DNA of 64,000 nucleotides, from positions 64,836 to 128,835 of the forward strand of contig CAKOTD010000001.1 in NCBI GenBank assembly GCA_934120015.1, in the 5' to 3' direction. Position numbers and translations under genes: made by a program. Below the pieces are notes generated by a model, which made no database searches, was not told where the DNA came from, and was given only the letters and a program-made list of their open reading frames with translations. This DNA comes from an uncultured Bacilli bacterium. Lineage in GTDB: Bacteria; Bacillota_I; Bacilli_A; RF39; UBA660. Positions 9,274-18,984 of this stretch are shown here, in pieces. The first letter of the stretch is position 1, and every line of letters begins with the position of its first letter.

Positions 9274-9926
9274 ACTAGTCTATAACCAAAACCATAAATA
9301 GTATTAATATTAATTTTAGGCATTTTCTTTCTAAGTCTTCTTACTAAATCATCAACTACTCTATCACTTCCAAAATAATCTTGTCCCCAAATAATTTTTA
9401 ATATGTCATCTCTGCTGTATGATTTATTAATATTATTTATAAACATTAGTAATAAATCAAATTCTAAAGTTGTAAGAAATATTTCTTTATTTAAATATGT
9501 TACAGTTCTTTTATTAATATCAATTACATAGTCATTATAATTAATCTTATCATTCTTATCATTATATACTCTTTTAATTATCTTATTTACTCTAAGTATT
9601 AATTCTTTAGGAGAGTAAGGTTTAGTAATATAGTCATCACTTCCAAGTTCTAAACCAATTATTTTATCCAAATCTTGATCTCTAGCAGATGTAAATATAA
9701 CAGGAATATTTGGGTTATATTCATGAATTTTTTTAATTACATCATATCCACTTATAGTACCACCTAACATAATATCAAGTATCCATAAATCAATTTTGTC
9801 ATTAATATGTTCTAAAGCCTCTTCACCACTATATAAACATAATGTTTCATAGCCTGCATTAATTAAATATGTATTAATTAAGTTATTTAAGTTAATTTCA
9901 TCTTCAACTAGACAAATTTTCATCAT
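9270..9926 (-). CDS. OmpR-family response regulator
   Basis: Receiver domain (ICLVEDE, LWILDIMLGG, KP motif ITKPYSP). C-terminal winged-helix domain ends in YGFGYRLV. Confidence 0.9.
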   Translation of the reverse strand: MMKICLVEDEINLNNLINTYLINAGYETLCLYSGEEALEHINDKIDLWILDIMLGGTISGYDVIKKIHEYNPNIPVIFTSARDQDLDKIIGLELGSDDYITKPYSPKELILRVNKIIKRVYNDKNDKINYNDYVIDINKRTVTYLNKEIFLTTLEFDLLLMFINNINKSYSRDDILKIIWGQDYFGSDRVVDDLVRRLRKKMPKININTIYGFGYRLV

Positions 9927-9996
9927 ACCACGATCCTTTAGTTTTAAAATAACATATAAATGTGTTAATAAAATAATTAATTTATGTAAAATTATG

Positions 9997-10620
9997 TTAT
10001 TTTATTAAATCTTTAACAGGTTTATAGGTTAAACGATAACCATCAATTAATCCATATCTATTTATAGCTTCAATATGTTTTTTTGTAGGGTACCCTTTGT
10101 GTGATTTAAATCCATATTCAGGATATTTCTTATCTACTTCATACATCAAATGATCCCTAGTGACTTTAGCAATTACAGAGGCAGCAGCAATACTTATACT
10201 TTTAGCATCACCTTTTATAATACTTAAGTATTCTATATTCAAATCTGGAAGAGGCATAGCATCTGTTAATATATAATCAGGTTTTAATTTTAGAGAAGCT
10301 TCTTCAATAGCAATCATCATAGCCTTTCTTGATGCTTCATAAATATTTATCCTATCAATTTCCTTATTATCAACAATCCCAATACCATAAGCTAAACAAT
10401 TATTTTTAATATACTCAAAACATTCTTCACGCTTTTTTTCAGATAGTTGTTTAGAGTCGGTTAAACCATCTAGTTTAAAATTCTGTGGTAATACACAACA
10501 AGCTGCAACAACAGGTCCAAATAATGGTCCTCTTCCCGCTTCATCAGTTCCACCAATATACTTGTAACCTTTTTTATATAAAGCATTTTCATATTCATAT
10601 AAATTATAATTAGTTCTCAT
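9997..10620 (-). CDS. rnhB: Ribonuclease HII
   Basis: GTDEAGRGPLFGPVVAA catalytic motif. Size 207 aa. Confidence 0.9.
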   Translation of the reverse strand: MRTNYNLYEYENALYKKGYKYIGGTDEAGRGPLFGPVVAACCVLPQNFKLDGLTDSKQLSEKKREECFEYIKNNCLAYGIGIVDNKEIDRINIYEASRKAMMIAIEEASLKLKPDYILTDAMPLPDLNIEYLSIIKGDAKSISIAAASVIAKVTRDHLMYEVDKKYPEYGFKSHKGYPTKKHIEAINRYGLIDGYRLTYKPVKDLIK

Positions 10621-10655
10621 AAATCACCATTCCTAGCTTAATCTTATCACATTTG

Positions 10656-10693
10656 AAATCTTTAGTAAATAAAAGGATGCATCATATGCATCC
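10656..10693. repeat. Direct repeat copy A (terminator hairpin module) downstream of fic
   Basis: The core TTTAGTAAATAAAAGGATGCATCATATGCATCC (10661-10693) matches 11846-11878 at 31 of 33 positions. Both differences fall in the loop of the GGATGCA/TGCATCC hairpin. Confidence 0.85.
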
Positions 10694-10699
10694 TAGCAA

Positions 10700-11695
10700 C
10701 TACACTTTATAATACATTTGATTTTTACTAGTTGGCTTATTTGGAATAGTTAGTTCAACAAAGCCTTCTTTAATAGCAGGATCCAAATATGTTGTTCTTA
10801 ATGTTTCTTTTGATTTAATGTCTAATCTTTTCATTATTTGATTGGCTGTAAGTGGTACACCATTATCCATAACATTTAATAATTTATTAATATTAATTGA
10901 GGTTTCTGTAATTGGAGGTAATGATGTATTAAGTAATTCATTCAAAACTTCATCAATCATTTTTAACATAAATTCAATAAATTCATTTGAATTTGCTGAT
11001 TTATGACAATTAGCAATAGCGTTATAATATTCATTCTGATATTTTTTTATTTGACTTTCAATCGGTAAATATTTGAAAAAACTTTTCCAATTTGATAGTA
11101 TTATGTTTTGCCATAGTCTTACTGTTCTTCCATTGCCATCACTAAATGGATGTATAAAAACAAATTCATAGTGGAAAACAGATGATAGGATTAGAGGATG
11201 AATAGAATTCTTGTTCTTTTTCATCCAATTGAATAATTGATGCATTAAATAATCAACTTGTTCCGGTGGTGGACAAACATGAATACAATTACCATTACTA
11301 TCAAAAACACCCTCATTCCCTGTCCTAAATACGCCTGATAATTCCACGGTTTTATGTGTCATTATACCATGAATTTTTTTCAAATCTTTAATCAAATATG
11401 GATTTACATTATCAATCATGTCATATGCTTCATAGGCATTTAATACTTCCTGAATTTCTTTTTGAGGTCCAAGAACAGTCTTACCATCTATTACAGCTTT
11501 AACTTGATTAAGAGATAACGAATTGGCCTCTATTGCTAAAGAAGAGTGGATTGATTTAATCTTATTATTTCTTCTTAAATTTGGCATTTTGTCCAAGTTT
11601 TTATAATTATCCATTTTACCTATCTTTTCCATAATAGAAGAAACATATTCTAACATCCTATTAGTTATAGAAAATTGTGGAATATAATTATCCAT
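10700..11695 (-). CDS. Fic/DOC family protein (probable AMPylase) with C-terminal wHTH-like region
   Basis: Fic motif HPFSDGNGRTVR. An upstream inhibitory-helix-like segment SSLAIEAN carries the Glu. Size 331 aa. Confidence 0.9.
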   Translation of the reverse strand: MDNYIPQFSITNRMLEYVSSIMEKIGKMDNYKNLDKMPNLRRNNKIKSIHSSLAIEANSLSLNQVKAVIDGKTVLGPQKEIQEVLNAYEAYDMIDNVNPYLIKDLKKIHGIMTHKTVELSGVFRTGNEGVFDSNGNCIHVCPPPEQVDYLMHQLFNWMKKNKNSIHPLILSSVFHYEFVFIHPFSDGNGRTVRLWQNIILSNWKSFFKYLPIESQIKKYQNEYYNAIANCHKSANSNEFIEFMLKMIDEVLNELLNTSLPPITETSININKLLNVMDNGVPLTANQIMKRLDIKSKETLRTTYLDPAIKEGFVELTIPNKPTSKNQMYYKV

Positions 11696-11724
11696 TAAAA
11701 TCGCCTCACTTTATGTATATATTT

Positions 11725-11753
11725 ATTATACAACAAAAATGTCTATTTATCAA
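11725..11753 (-). promoter_or_regulatory. Predicted sigma-A promoter of fic
   Basis: On the minus strand TTGATA, a 17-nt spacer, then TATAAT. RBS GTGAGG precedes the ATG. CTTAATTC occurs twice, 11 nt apart, just upstream (11763-11781). Confidence 0.5.
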
Positions 11754-11840
11754 TTTATCTTGCTTAATTCCTACTTAATTCTTGCTTATTATTATTTTTT
11801 ATATCTAAAGTAATTTGAATTCATAATTAACTATATCTAA

Positions 11841-11878
11841 AAATTTTTAGTAAATAAAAGGATGCATTATCTGCATCC
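11841..11878. repeat. Direct repeat copy B (terminator hairpin module) at the 3' end of the DUF2207 gene
   Basis: TTTAGTAAATAAAAGGATGCATTATCTGCATCC lies at 11846-11878. The hairpin contains the last codons (GCR-stop) of the DUF2207 gene. Confidence 0.85.
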
Positions 11879-13561
11879 CCCTCCAGAGCCTCCACCAAAG
11901 GAACCTCCACCTCCGCCACCGCTAGAGAATCCTCCTCCACCAGAGGAATAGTTTTGTGCTGCACTTCTTGCTGAAGAAGCACTACTAATACTATGTGAAG
12001 ATATAGAGTCAATCCACATAATATTCACATAATCAAATCCATAATTATTGTTTTCAATTAATTCAGGATATAAAGTTTTAAATTGTTTTGCAACTTCTTT
12101 AGCAATACCAAATATTTGGGCAAATATTAAATATTCTTCCCAAAGCATTACTTCGATTGGTTCTTTTTTCTTTATTAGTGAAAATTCTTTTAAATATTTT
12201 TTTAAACCTGCAAGCTTAACTGCTTCTTCATATAAGTACTGATCTAATGTATATTCTTTTGTTTTAAACAATTTTCCTCTTTCAGTAACTGTAATATGAC
12301 CACTATTTACATACTCATCACGTATAGAATGTTCAACTTTATCAAACCATTTAAAAAACTTACTATAATTACTTGAACACCATTTCTTTAGTTCATTTTC
12401 TTCAAGTATTCTATCTTTACTGGCAACAACCATCATATCATATAAACTTTGTTCATAAGTTGTATCAAAAGTACAATTACCCAAATCAATAGCTATAACT
12501 TCTTTTTCACCTAATAATTTCTTCTTTTTTTGTTTAACAATTTTAATCTTACCAACTTTAAGCCATTTTAATAAAACAGCCCCAAGTAAATCTTCTTTTT
12601 TTCGATTTAGTTTATAAACATTAGATAAAAAATATGCTTTAAATAAATCCTTATTACAAGGTATGTCTCTAAAATTATTTATATTTTTATTATCAATATT
12701 TGTTTTAATATATTTAGTTCTTTTTTGTGTTTTAACTATCACAAATAATACTATAATATATGGTAAAAAACTAAACACAATAGTAAGAATAACACTTATA
12801 ACTGAAGAAACACTTAATTTATTACCATAATCATAGTCAAAAGTCCCCTCTTCGGCCTTTTCATAAAAATCATTAAAGGTATGATAATCACTTATATAAT
12901 TATCTGTTTTAAATGTTTCAAGTGGATATTTAACAAGAAGAACGGCATACTCATCTGATGTAAAATATCTGTTTTCAACACTTGACATAGAAATGACACC
13001 ATTATCAACATACGCATATCCTTTATATCCATATCCCCATACATCTAATGTATCTTCATAATAATTAGGCCCTTTTACTGTAACAGTAAACGTTTTTGGA
13101 GCTGGGTCCATACTATCATTTACAAACTTCCAATATAAAACTTGTGCATCATCAACATTATAAATAATATCTGATACATCATATGTAAGAGTATAAGTAT
13201 GTCTTCCATAACTACCCATACCCCAACATAATTCAATACCACTACTAGTATAGTTAATACCATTTTTATTTCTTTTAGTATCAAGTGTTCCACTAGTATT
13301 CCAGCTTGTTTGATAATTATATCGTTCCCCATTTTCTGACACATGAAAATTACTAATCTCACTATTACCTAAACTTCCCATAGGCTTATAAACTTCGGTA
13401 CCTTTATCTACACTCATATCCCAAACTTCAGTTATTTTAGCATTCCCATATTCATCTAAAACAGCAGTAATATCAATACTATAAATTGTATTGGCTTTAG
13501 CAAAGCCTACCATACTAAATAACAAAAGTAATGAGAAAAATAAATATTTTATTCTTTTCAT
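11867..13561 (-). CDS. DUF2207-family membrane protein with Gly-rich C-terminal tail
   Basis: I moved the start to MKRIKY, which follows AGGAGG. It has a signal peptide, an N-terminal beta-rich ectodomain, a TM region (VISVILTIVFSFLPYIIVLFVIV) and the tail SSGGGGFSSGGGGGGSFGGGSGGGCR typical of DUF2207. Confidence 0.8.
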   Translation of the reverse strand: MKRIKYLFFSLLLLFSMVGFAKANTIYSIDITAVLDEYGNAKITEVWDMSVDKGTEVYKPMGSLGNSEISNFHVSENGERYNYQTSWNTSGTLDTKRNKNGINYTSSGIELCWGMGSYGRHTYTLTYDVSDIIYNVDDAQVLYWKFVNDSMDPAPKTFTVTVKGPNYYEDTLDVWGYGYKGYAYVDNGVISMSSVENRYFTSDEYAVLLVKYPLETFKTDNYISDYHTFNDFYEKAEEGTFDYDYGNKLSVSSVISVILTIVFSFLPYIIVLFVIVKTQKRTKYIKTNIDNKNINNFRDIPCNKDLFKAYFLSNVYKLNRKKEDLLGAVLLKWLKVGKIKIVKQKKKKLLGEKEVIAIDLGNCTFDTTYEQSLYDMMVVASKDRILEENELKKWCSSNYSKFFKWFDKVEHSIRDEYVNSGHITVTERGKLFKTKEYTLDQYLYEEAVKLAGLKKYLKEFSLIKKKEPIEVMLWEEYLIFAQIFGIAKEVAKQFKTLYPELIENNNYGFDYVNIMWIDSISSHSISSASSARSAAQNYSSGGGGFSSGGGGGGSFGGGSGGGCR

Positions 13562-13598
13562 ACATTTCCTCCTACCAACATTATACACAAAATGTTCT

Positions 13599-15980
13599 CT
13601 ATTTAACAACAATACTTACTAACTTTTTAGGAATTGTTACAATTTTAGCAATTTCCTTACCATCAATATAATTTTTGACATTGGAAATATCAAGAGCAAG
13701 TTTTTCCATTTCTTCTTTTGATGTTTCTGTAGATACAACTATCTTACCCCTTACTTTTCCATTAACTTGAACAACCATTTCAAATTCTTCATCAATCATT
13801 TTACTTTCATCGAAACTTGGCCAAGTAGCATAAGTAATAGTATCATTATTACCTAGTCTTTGCCATAATTCTTCAGTTATATGAGGAGCAATTGGATTCA
13901 ATAATTTTAAGAAATTAAGAGCATATTCTCTTGGAAAAACATTTTCTTTATATACAGCATTAATAAAGACCATCATTGAACTTATTGCTGTATTAAAATT
14001 CATTGTTTCATAATCTTCAGTTACTTTTTTTACTGTCTGATGATATACTTTTTCAAGTTTTTTATTTTCTTCATCTTTTATTTTATCTTCTTCAGTATAA
14101 AGTCTCCAAATTCTTTCTAAGAATTTTTTAGCACCATCTATGCCATTTGGATCCCAAGGTTTAGCAGCATCAATAGGCCCCATAAACATTTCATATAATC
14201 TTAATGAATCAGCCCCATAATTATTAACCATTTCATCAGGATTAACAACATTTCCTTTTGATTTACTCATTTTTTCACCATTTGATCCAAGAATCATACC
14301 TTGATGTCTAAGTTTCTTAAAAGGTTCTTTAACTGGACAAATACCCTTATCATATAAATAATTATTCCACATCCTAGAATATAATAAATGTCCAACAGCA
14401 TGCTCAGGGCCACCCATGTATAAATCAACAGGCATCCAGTGTTCAAGCAAACGTTTGTCAGCAAGTTCTTTATCATTATGTGGATCTATATATCTTAAGA
14501 AATACCAAGAAGAACCAGCTGATCCAGGCATTGTTGATGTTTCTCTTTTACCATCAGGAGTATTCACCCAATCTACTGCCTTTTCAAGAGGTGAAGCGCC
14601 TGTTTTACTTGGACTATAATCTTCTAAAGAAGGAAGAACTAGTGGTAATTCATCATCTTCTAAGACTCTTGTACCACCATTATTTAGATGAATAATAGGA
14701 ATGGGTTCTCCCCAATATCTTTGACGAGCAAATATCCATTCACGAAGACGATAATTTACTTTTTTAGTTCCAATTTTTTTATCTTCAAGCCACTCTATCA
14801 TTTTGTTAATAGCGTCTTCTTTATTTAAACCATCTAAAAATTCTGAATTAATATGAATTCCATCACCCGTATATGCTTCTTTTGCTATATCACCACCTGA
14901 TATAACAGGGATAATTTCAATACCATATTTTGTAGCAAAAGCAAAATCCCTTGTATCATGAGCAGGAACAGCCATAATAGCACCTGTTCCATATGTAGAT
15001 AAAACATAATCAGCAATCCAAATAGGTATTTCTTTTCCATTTACAGGATTAATGGCATATGCCCCTGTAAAAACACCTGTTTTTTCTTTACTAAGTTCGG
15101 TTCTTTCCAAATCTGATTTAGAGGCACAAATCTTTTTGTATTCAGTTACTTTATCTTTTTGTTCATCTGTTACAATACTATCTACAAGTTCATGTTCAGG
15201 AGATAATACACAATATGTTGCTCCAAATAATGTATCACATCTTGTTGTAAATACAGTAAATGTTTTATCACTATTCTTAATCTTAAAGATAACATGTGCT
15301 CCTACAGACTTACCAATCCAATTTCGTTGCATTTCTTTAGTTGATTCAGGCCAATCAACTTCATTTAAACCATCAAGAAGTCTTTCAGCATATTTAGGAA
15401 TATCAATAACCCATTGTTTCATATTTTTTCTAACAACAGGATATCCCCCACGTTCACTTTTTCCATCAATGATTTCATCATTTGCAAGTACTGTACCAAG
15501 TTCTTCACACCAATTAACCGGCATTTCTACTAATCTTGCATAGCCATCTAAATATAATTGCTTAAAAATCCATTGCGTCCACTTATAGAATGATGGATCA
15601 CAAGTTGATATAACTCTTGACCAATCAAAAGACATACCTAGCATTTTTAATTGTTTTGTAAAAGTTTCAATATTCTTTTTAGTAAAGCCTTCAGGATGAT
15701 TACCAGTCTTAATTGCATATTGTTCAGCAGGAAGACCAAATGAATCAAATCCCATTGGGTGTAAAACATTATACCCTTGCATTCTCTTCATTCTTGAGAT
15801 TATATCAGTTGCTGTATAACCTTCAGGATGCCCTACATGTAAACCTTGACCTGATGGGTATGGAAACATATCAAGTGCATAATATTTTGGTTTACTAAAA
15901 TCCCATACATCTGTCTTAAAAGTTTCATTTTCTTCCCAATATTTTTGCCATTTCTTTTCTATTTCTGTAAAATTATACAT
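13599..15980 (-). CDS. leuS: Leucine--tRNA ligase
   Basis: HIGH motif (HVGHPEGY) and KMSKS motif (KMSKSKGN). Size 793 aa. It lies downstream of a Leu T-box. Confidence 0.95.
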   Translation of the reverse strand: MYNFTEIEKKWQKYWEENETFKTDVWDFSKPKYYALDMFPYPSGQGLHVGHPEGYTATDIISRMKRMQGYNVLHPMGFDSFGLPAEQYAIKTGNHPEGFTKKNIETFTKQLKMLGMSFDWSRVISTCDPSFYKWTQWIFKQLYLDGYARLVEMPVNWCEELGTVLANDEIIDGKSERGGYPVVRKNMKQWVIDIPKYAERLLDGLNEVDWPESTKEMQRNWIGKSVGAHVIFKIKNSDKTFTVFTTRCDTLFGATYCVLSPEHELVDSIVTDEQKDKVTEYKKICASKSDLERTELSKEKTGVFTGAYAINPVNGKEIPIWIADYVLSTYGTGAIMAVPAHDTRDFAFATKYGIEIIPVISGGDIAKEAYTGDGIHINSEFLDGLNKEDAINKMIEWLEDKKIGTKKVNYRLREWIFARQRYWGEPIPIIHLNNGGTRVLEDDELPLVLPSLEDYSPSKTGASPLEKAVDWVNTPDGKRETSTMPGSAGSSWYFLRYIDPHNDKELADKRLLEHWMPVDLYMGGPEHAVGHLLYSRMWNNYLYDKGICPVKEPFKKLRHQGMILGSNGEKMSKSKGNVVNPDEMVNNYGADSLRLYEMFMGPIDAAKPWDPNGIDGAKKFLERIWRLYTEEDKIKDEENKKLEKVYHQTVKKVTEDYETMNFNTAISSMMVFINAVYKENVFPREYALNFLKLLNPIAPHITEELWQRLGNNDTITYATWPSFDESKMIDEEFEMVVQVNGKVRGKIVVSTETSKEEMEKLALDISNVKNYIDGKEIAKIVTIPKKLVSIVVK

Positions 15981-16325
15981 TTATTTTCCTTCTTTCTTCT
16001 TTAAATATTTTCCTAATAAACTATACATACCTAATATAAGGATAATTAACACAACAAATGCTACCATAAGTTTTAATATTATATTATCGATAAATTCTAT
16101 TATTACAAATGTTGTAGCAATTATAAATGAATTTGTGAGCGCTACTAAATTAGCAAGTACTTTTATATTTATCTTATCATAATTGATTTTGTACCTTTTT
16201 TGTAAAAACAGGGCTTCTGTACTATTTTTAATATTTGAAATCTTTTTCTTCTTAGAAATAACAAATAAAAAGTAAAATAAATAAACTACTACAAATACAA
16301 TAAAAAATGATAATACCAATTCCAT
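15981..16325 (-). CDS. Small three-TM membrane protein, first gene of the T-box/leuS transcription unit
   Basis: 114 aa with a strong RBS (GGAGGG, 6-nt spacing). Its stop abuts the leuS start codon directly. No family recognised. Confidence 0.6.
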   Translation of the reverse strand: MELVLSFFIVFVVVYLFYFLFVISKKKKISNIKNSTEALFLQKRYKINYDKINIKVLANLVALTNSFIIATTFVIIEFIDNIILKLMVAFVVLIILILGMYSLLGKYLKKKEGK

Positions 16326-16342
16326 AAAATCCCTCCAAATAT

Positions 16343-16557
16343 AAAAAGATACTATAAATTTAAGGGCGAATATATCCGCGGTACCACCTTAATTCATAGT
16401 ATCTCTATGCACTTTCATTTTTAACGCAAATTACTCGTCATATACTTTCATATATGAAGCTCCAAAGTAAGTTCATATCATTCATTAAAAGTTTTCACCA
16501 GCCACTTTTTCTCTAAATAAATAAATTAATACTACTACTCTTTTTCAACGCTATAAC
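16343..16557 (-). promoter_or_regulatory. T-box riboswitch leader, leucine specifier (CUU)
   Basis: Read on the minus strand:
- AGAGA and GGTGAAAAC stem I elements.
- Specifier context GAA-CTT-A, with the codon at 16469-16471.
- Canonical T-box sequence AATTAAGGTGGTACCGCGG.
- Long terminator helix GATACTATGAATTAAGG...CCCTTAAATTTATAGTATC followed by TTTTT. Confidence 0.85.
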
Positions 16558-16563
16558 AACTAT

Positions 16564-16592
16564 ATTATAATATATCTATTCTATATATTCAA
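16564..16592 (-). promoter_or_regulatory. Predicted promoter driving the T-box leader
   Basis: On the minus strand TTGAAT, a 17-nt spacer, then TATAAT. The -35 element lies inside the 3' end of the GH31 gene. Confidence 0.5.
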
Positions 16593-18969
16593 GTAATTTT
16601 AAGAACAAATTTACATATCTTCCTTCTAATTTTTTCTTTTGTAACTTTCTTATAGCAATCCTCTTTTTGTTAATAGTTAAATCTGAAAACATTATATTAT
16701 CAATTCTTTCCTTCATTTCAGTTTCTATTTGAAGATCGTTTAGTATTGATACAATCTCATCATTCATAATACGATTACTATCAATATTAATATTATCACC
16801 AGATATATTTATTAATAAATTACCTATTGTTGAAACATTATCAACCTCTACAATAAAATCATTTTCATCTTCATAACTATTATAATTAACATTTGTATTA
16901 TTAATCTGGACATTTATATTTTCTGGACTCTGAGTATTTCTAAATCTTATTTTATAATTACGAAAGTCAGAAATAACTCCTGTTTTTCCACTAGCAGGCT
17001 TAATACTTAAAATATAATTATTTGGCATATATTGATATTCTATTTTGGTTAATATATAAAAACCTTGATTACACATATAGCTTATTCCATCATCTTCATA
17101 TAAATTATATATATTATTTTGTCCAGGAAATACTTGAATCTCCATGTTTTTAGGTGCATCAGTATTATTGCCATCATTAAGTGAACTTGGTATAATACCA
17201 CCTGCTTTTACAAACACAGGATAATCTTCATCTTTTACAAAATATATATATTTTTTATTTCCAGTAAATTTTTTGCCAGAGAAATATTCATACCACATGC
17301 CATCAGGTAAATAAAAACGATGAATCACTCTGTTCATATCTAAATCCTTTTTATCTATTATAGGAGCTACAAACATTTCACTTCCAAAGTAATACTCATT
17401 TCTATATATACTATCATCATACATTTTAAGTACTTTATAATATAATGGTTTTATTAAAGGAGTTCCATATCTATGATTTTTATACATTTCAGTATATAAA
17501 TATGGAATTAATTTATGCCTTAATTTCAAATATTCTCTAACAATACGATATGTTTTTACTTCCCAAAGCCATGGTTCCCTTTTATAATATTTTCCTCCAG
17601 CTGCTCCAAATTTAAAAATTGGACTAAAAACACCTAATTGCACAAATCTTGTATATAATTCATTATCTTCAATTCCCTTATGAAATCCACCAATGTCATG
17701 ACTCCACCAACTAACACCAATGTTGGTTGCACTTAAATTATGAAAGGGAATTTTTTTAAGTGTATTCCAATTTACAATTGAATTTCCAGAATATAAAACT
17801 GGATATCTATGTGGAACTGTTAAAGCATTGTTAGTTAACAAAAGGATTCTTTTATTTAAACTTAAAACATTTGCACTATGATATATATTTAACATAAGTT
17901 GAACATTTTTATCAATATTTGCGTCATTTATCCACAAAGCATCTATTCCTCTATCCAAGAGCGGTTTGATTAGAAAATTAAAATATGCTACAAAATGTTG
18001 GCCACTGAATGCATTAAATGGAATTATAATATCATTACTTCCAATAAAACTTTTGTACTTATCATAATTTTCTTCAAATGGATAAATTCCAGGTGTTGGA
18101 TCTATACTTAAACCAAGCTTAATACCATGACTATGAATTATATTAATAAATCTTTGAGGATCTTCAAAATAATTTTTATTAAAAGTAAATCCTGACAAAA
18201 GTCTATTGTCATTTTCATAATTTCTAATGTGCCAATCATGATTTAATAGAATAAGTGATATTGGTATTTCATTATCATAAAATTCTTTAATTAATTCATT
18301 TAATTCATTTTCATTATATTCTACATCCCTACTCCACCAGTTGCCTAGGGCATATCTTGGAATAAGAGGTGGAAAACCTGTTAGTTTATAATAATCAATT
18401 AAACATGTACCAAAATCAGTCAAATAAACAAATAGATATAAATCAATGTCTTTCCCACTTCTTTTCTCAGTATCACCATTTTCAAGTACTATAGGATTTT
18501 TTGAATCATCAATACATGAAAATCCGTCTATTGAAAATAAACCCTTAACAAAATTTATTTTGCCATCAGCATCTGTTAATAATTTACCAGGCGTTCCAAA
18601 ATTTCGTATTTCAGGATGATTATAATGCCATACCCTATTAGAGTTTAAAACTTCTACTTTCAAATTAGCGTCTGGAATAAGTGAACTTGCTTTAAATGGT
18701 CTATTCTTTTTATAAGTTAGTTTAAAGTACTTTGTTTCAATTTTAATTTTTTCAGGTTCATCAATTAAATTATATTGGACCTGATTAAAATTTCTATTCT
18801 TTGCAAACACAGTTGGTCTATCTTCAAAATTACCATCTTCACTATATTCTAATCGAATTAGGGATTCAGTTAAAATAGTAAAACGATATTTTTCACCCTG
18901 TATAACATTTTCATGCAATGGTTTAGAATTTTCATAATCATAGCCTAATTGTTTACTAATTGTATTCAC
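16576..18969 (-). CDS. Glycoside hydrolase family 31 (alpha-glucosidase/xylosidase-like)
   Basis: 797 aa with GH31-type motifs (DALWINDAN region, WWSHDIGGF). Substrate not inferable. Confidence 0.8.
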   Translation of the reverse strand: MNTISKQLGYDYENSKPLHENVIQGEKYRFTILTESLIRLEYSEDGNFEDRPTVFAKNRNFNQVQYNLIDEPEKIKIETKYFKLTYKKNRPFKASSLIPDANLKVEVLNSNRVWHYNHPEIRNFGTPGKLLTDADGKINFVKGLFSIDGFSCIDDSKNPIVLENGDTEKRSGKDIDLYLFVYLTDFGTCLIDYYKLTGFPPLIPRYALGNWWSRDVEYNENELNELIKEFYDNEIPISLILLNHDWHIRNYENDNRLLSGFTFNKNYFEDPQRFINIIHSHGIKLGLSIDPTPGIYPFEENYDKYKSFIGSNDIIIPFNAFSGQHFVAYFNFLIKPLLDRGIDALWINDANIDKNVQLMLNIYHSANVLSLNKRILLLTNNALTVPHRYPVLYSGNSIVNWNTLKKIPFHNLSATNIGVSWWSHDIGGFHKGIEDNELYTRFVQLGVFSPIFKFGAAGGKYYKREPWLWEVKTYRIVREYLKLRHKLIPYLYTEMYKNHRYGTPLIKPLYYKVLKMYDDSIYRNEYYFGSEMFVAPIIDKKDLDMNRVIHRFYLPDGMWYEYFSGKKFTGNKKYIYFVKDEDYPVFVKAGGIIPSSLNDGNNTDAPKNMEIQVFPGQNNIYNLYEDDGISYMCNQGFYILTKIEYQYMPNNYILSIKPASGKTGVISDFRNYKIRFRNTQSPENINVQINNTNVNYNSYEDENDFIVEVDNVSTIGNLLINISGDNINIDSNRIMNDEIVSILNDLQIETEMKERIDNIMFSDLTINKKRIAIRKLQKKKLEGRYVNLFLKLLEYIE

Positions 18970-18984
18970 GCTAGCACCCTCTTT

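Noticed and set aside
10656-11878. Looked for a transposase, integrase, or inverted or target-site repeats that would make the fic region a classical mobile element.
   Set aside because: No recombinase ORF and no terminal inverted repeats are present. Only the direct terminator repeat is seen, so it is reported as a cassette-like insertion rather than a mobile element.
11827-12012. 61-aa minus-strand ORF overlapping the 3' end of the DUF2207 gene.
   Set aside because: It is an alternate reading frame of the Gly-rich tail and terminator region. It has no independent start signals.
15052-15543. 163-aa plus-strand ORF inside leuS. Similar antisense ORFs occur elsewhere, for example at 14416-14695 (two ORFs), 26817-27143, 50479-50868, 55209-55550 and 58556-58843.
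   Set aside because: All lie entirely antisense to, or in alternate frames of, confidently identified conserved genes. Their translations are S/L/F/I-rich and low-complexity, and they have no convincing RBS. They are most simply explained as frame artefacts of the opposite-strand coding sequence.
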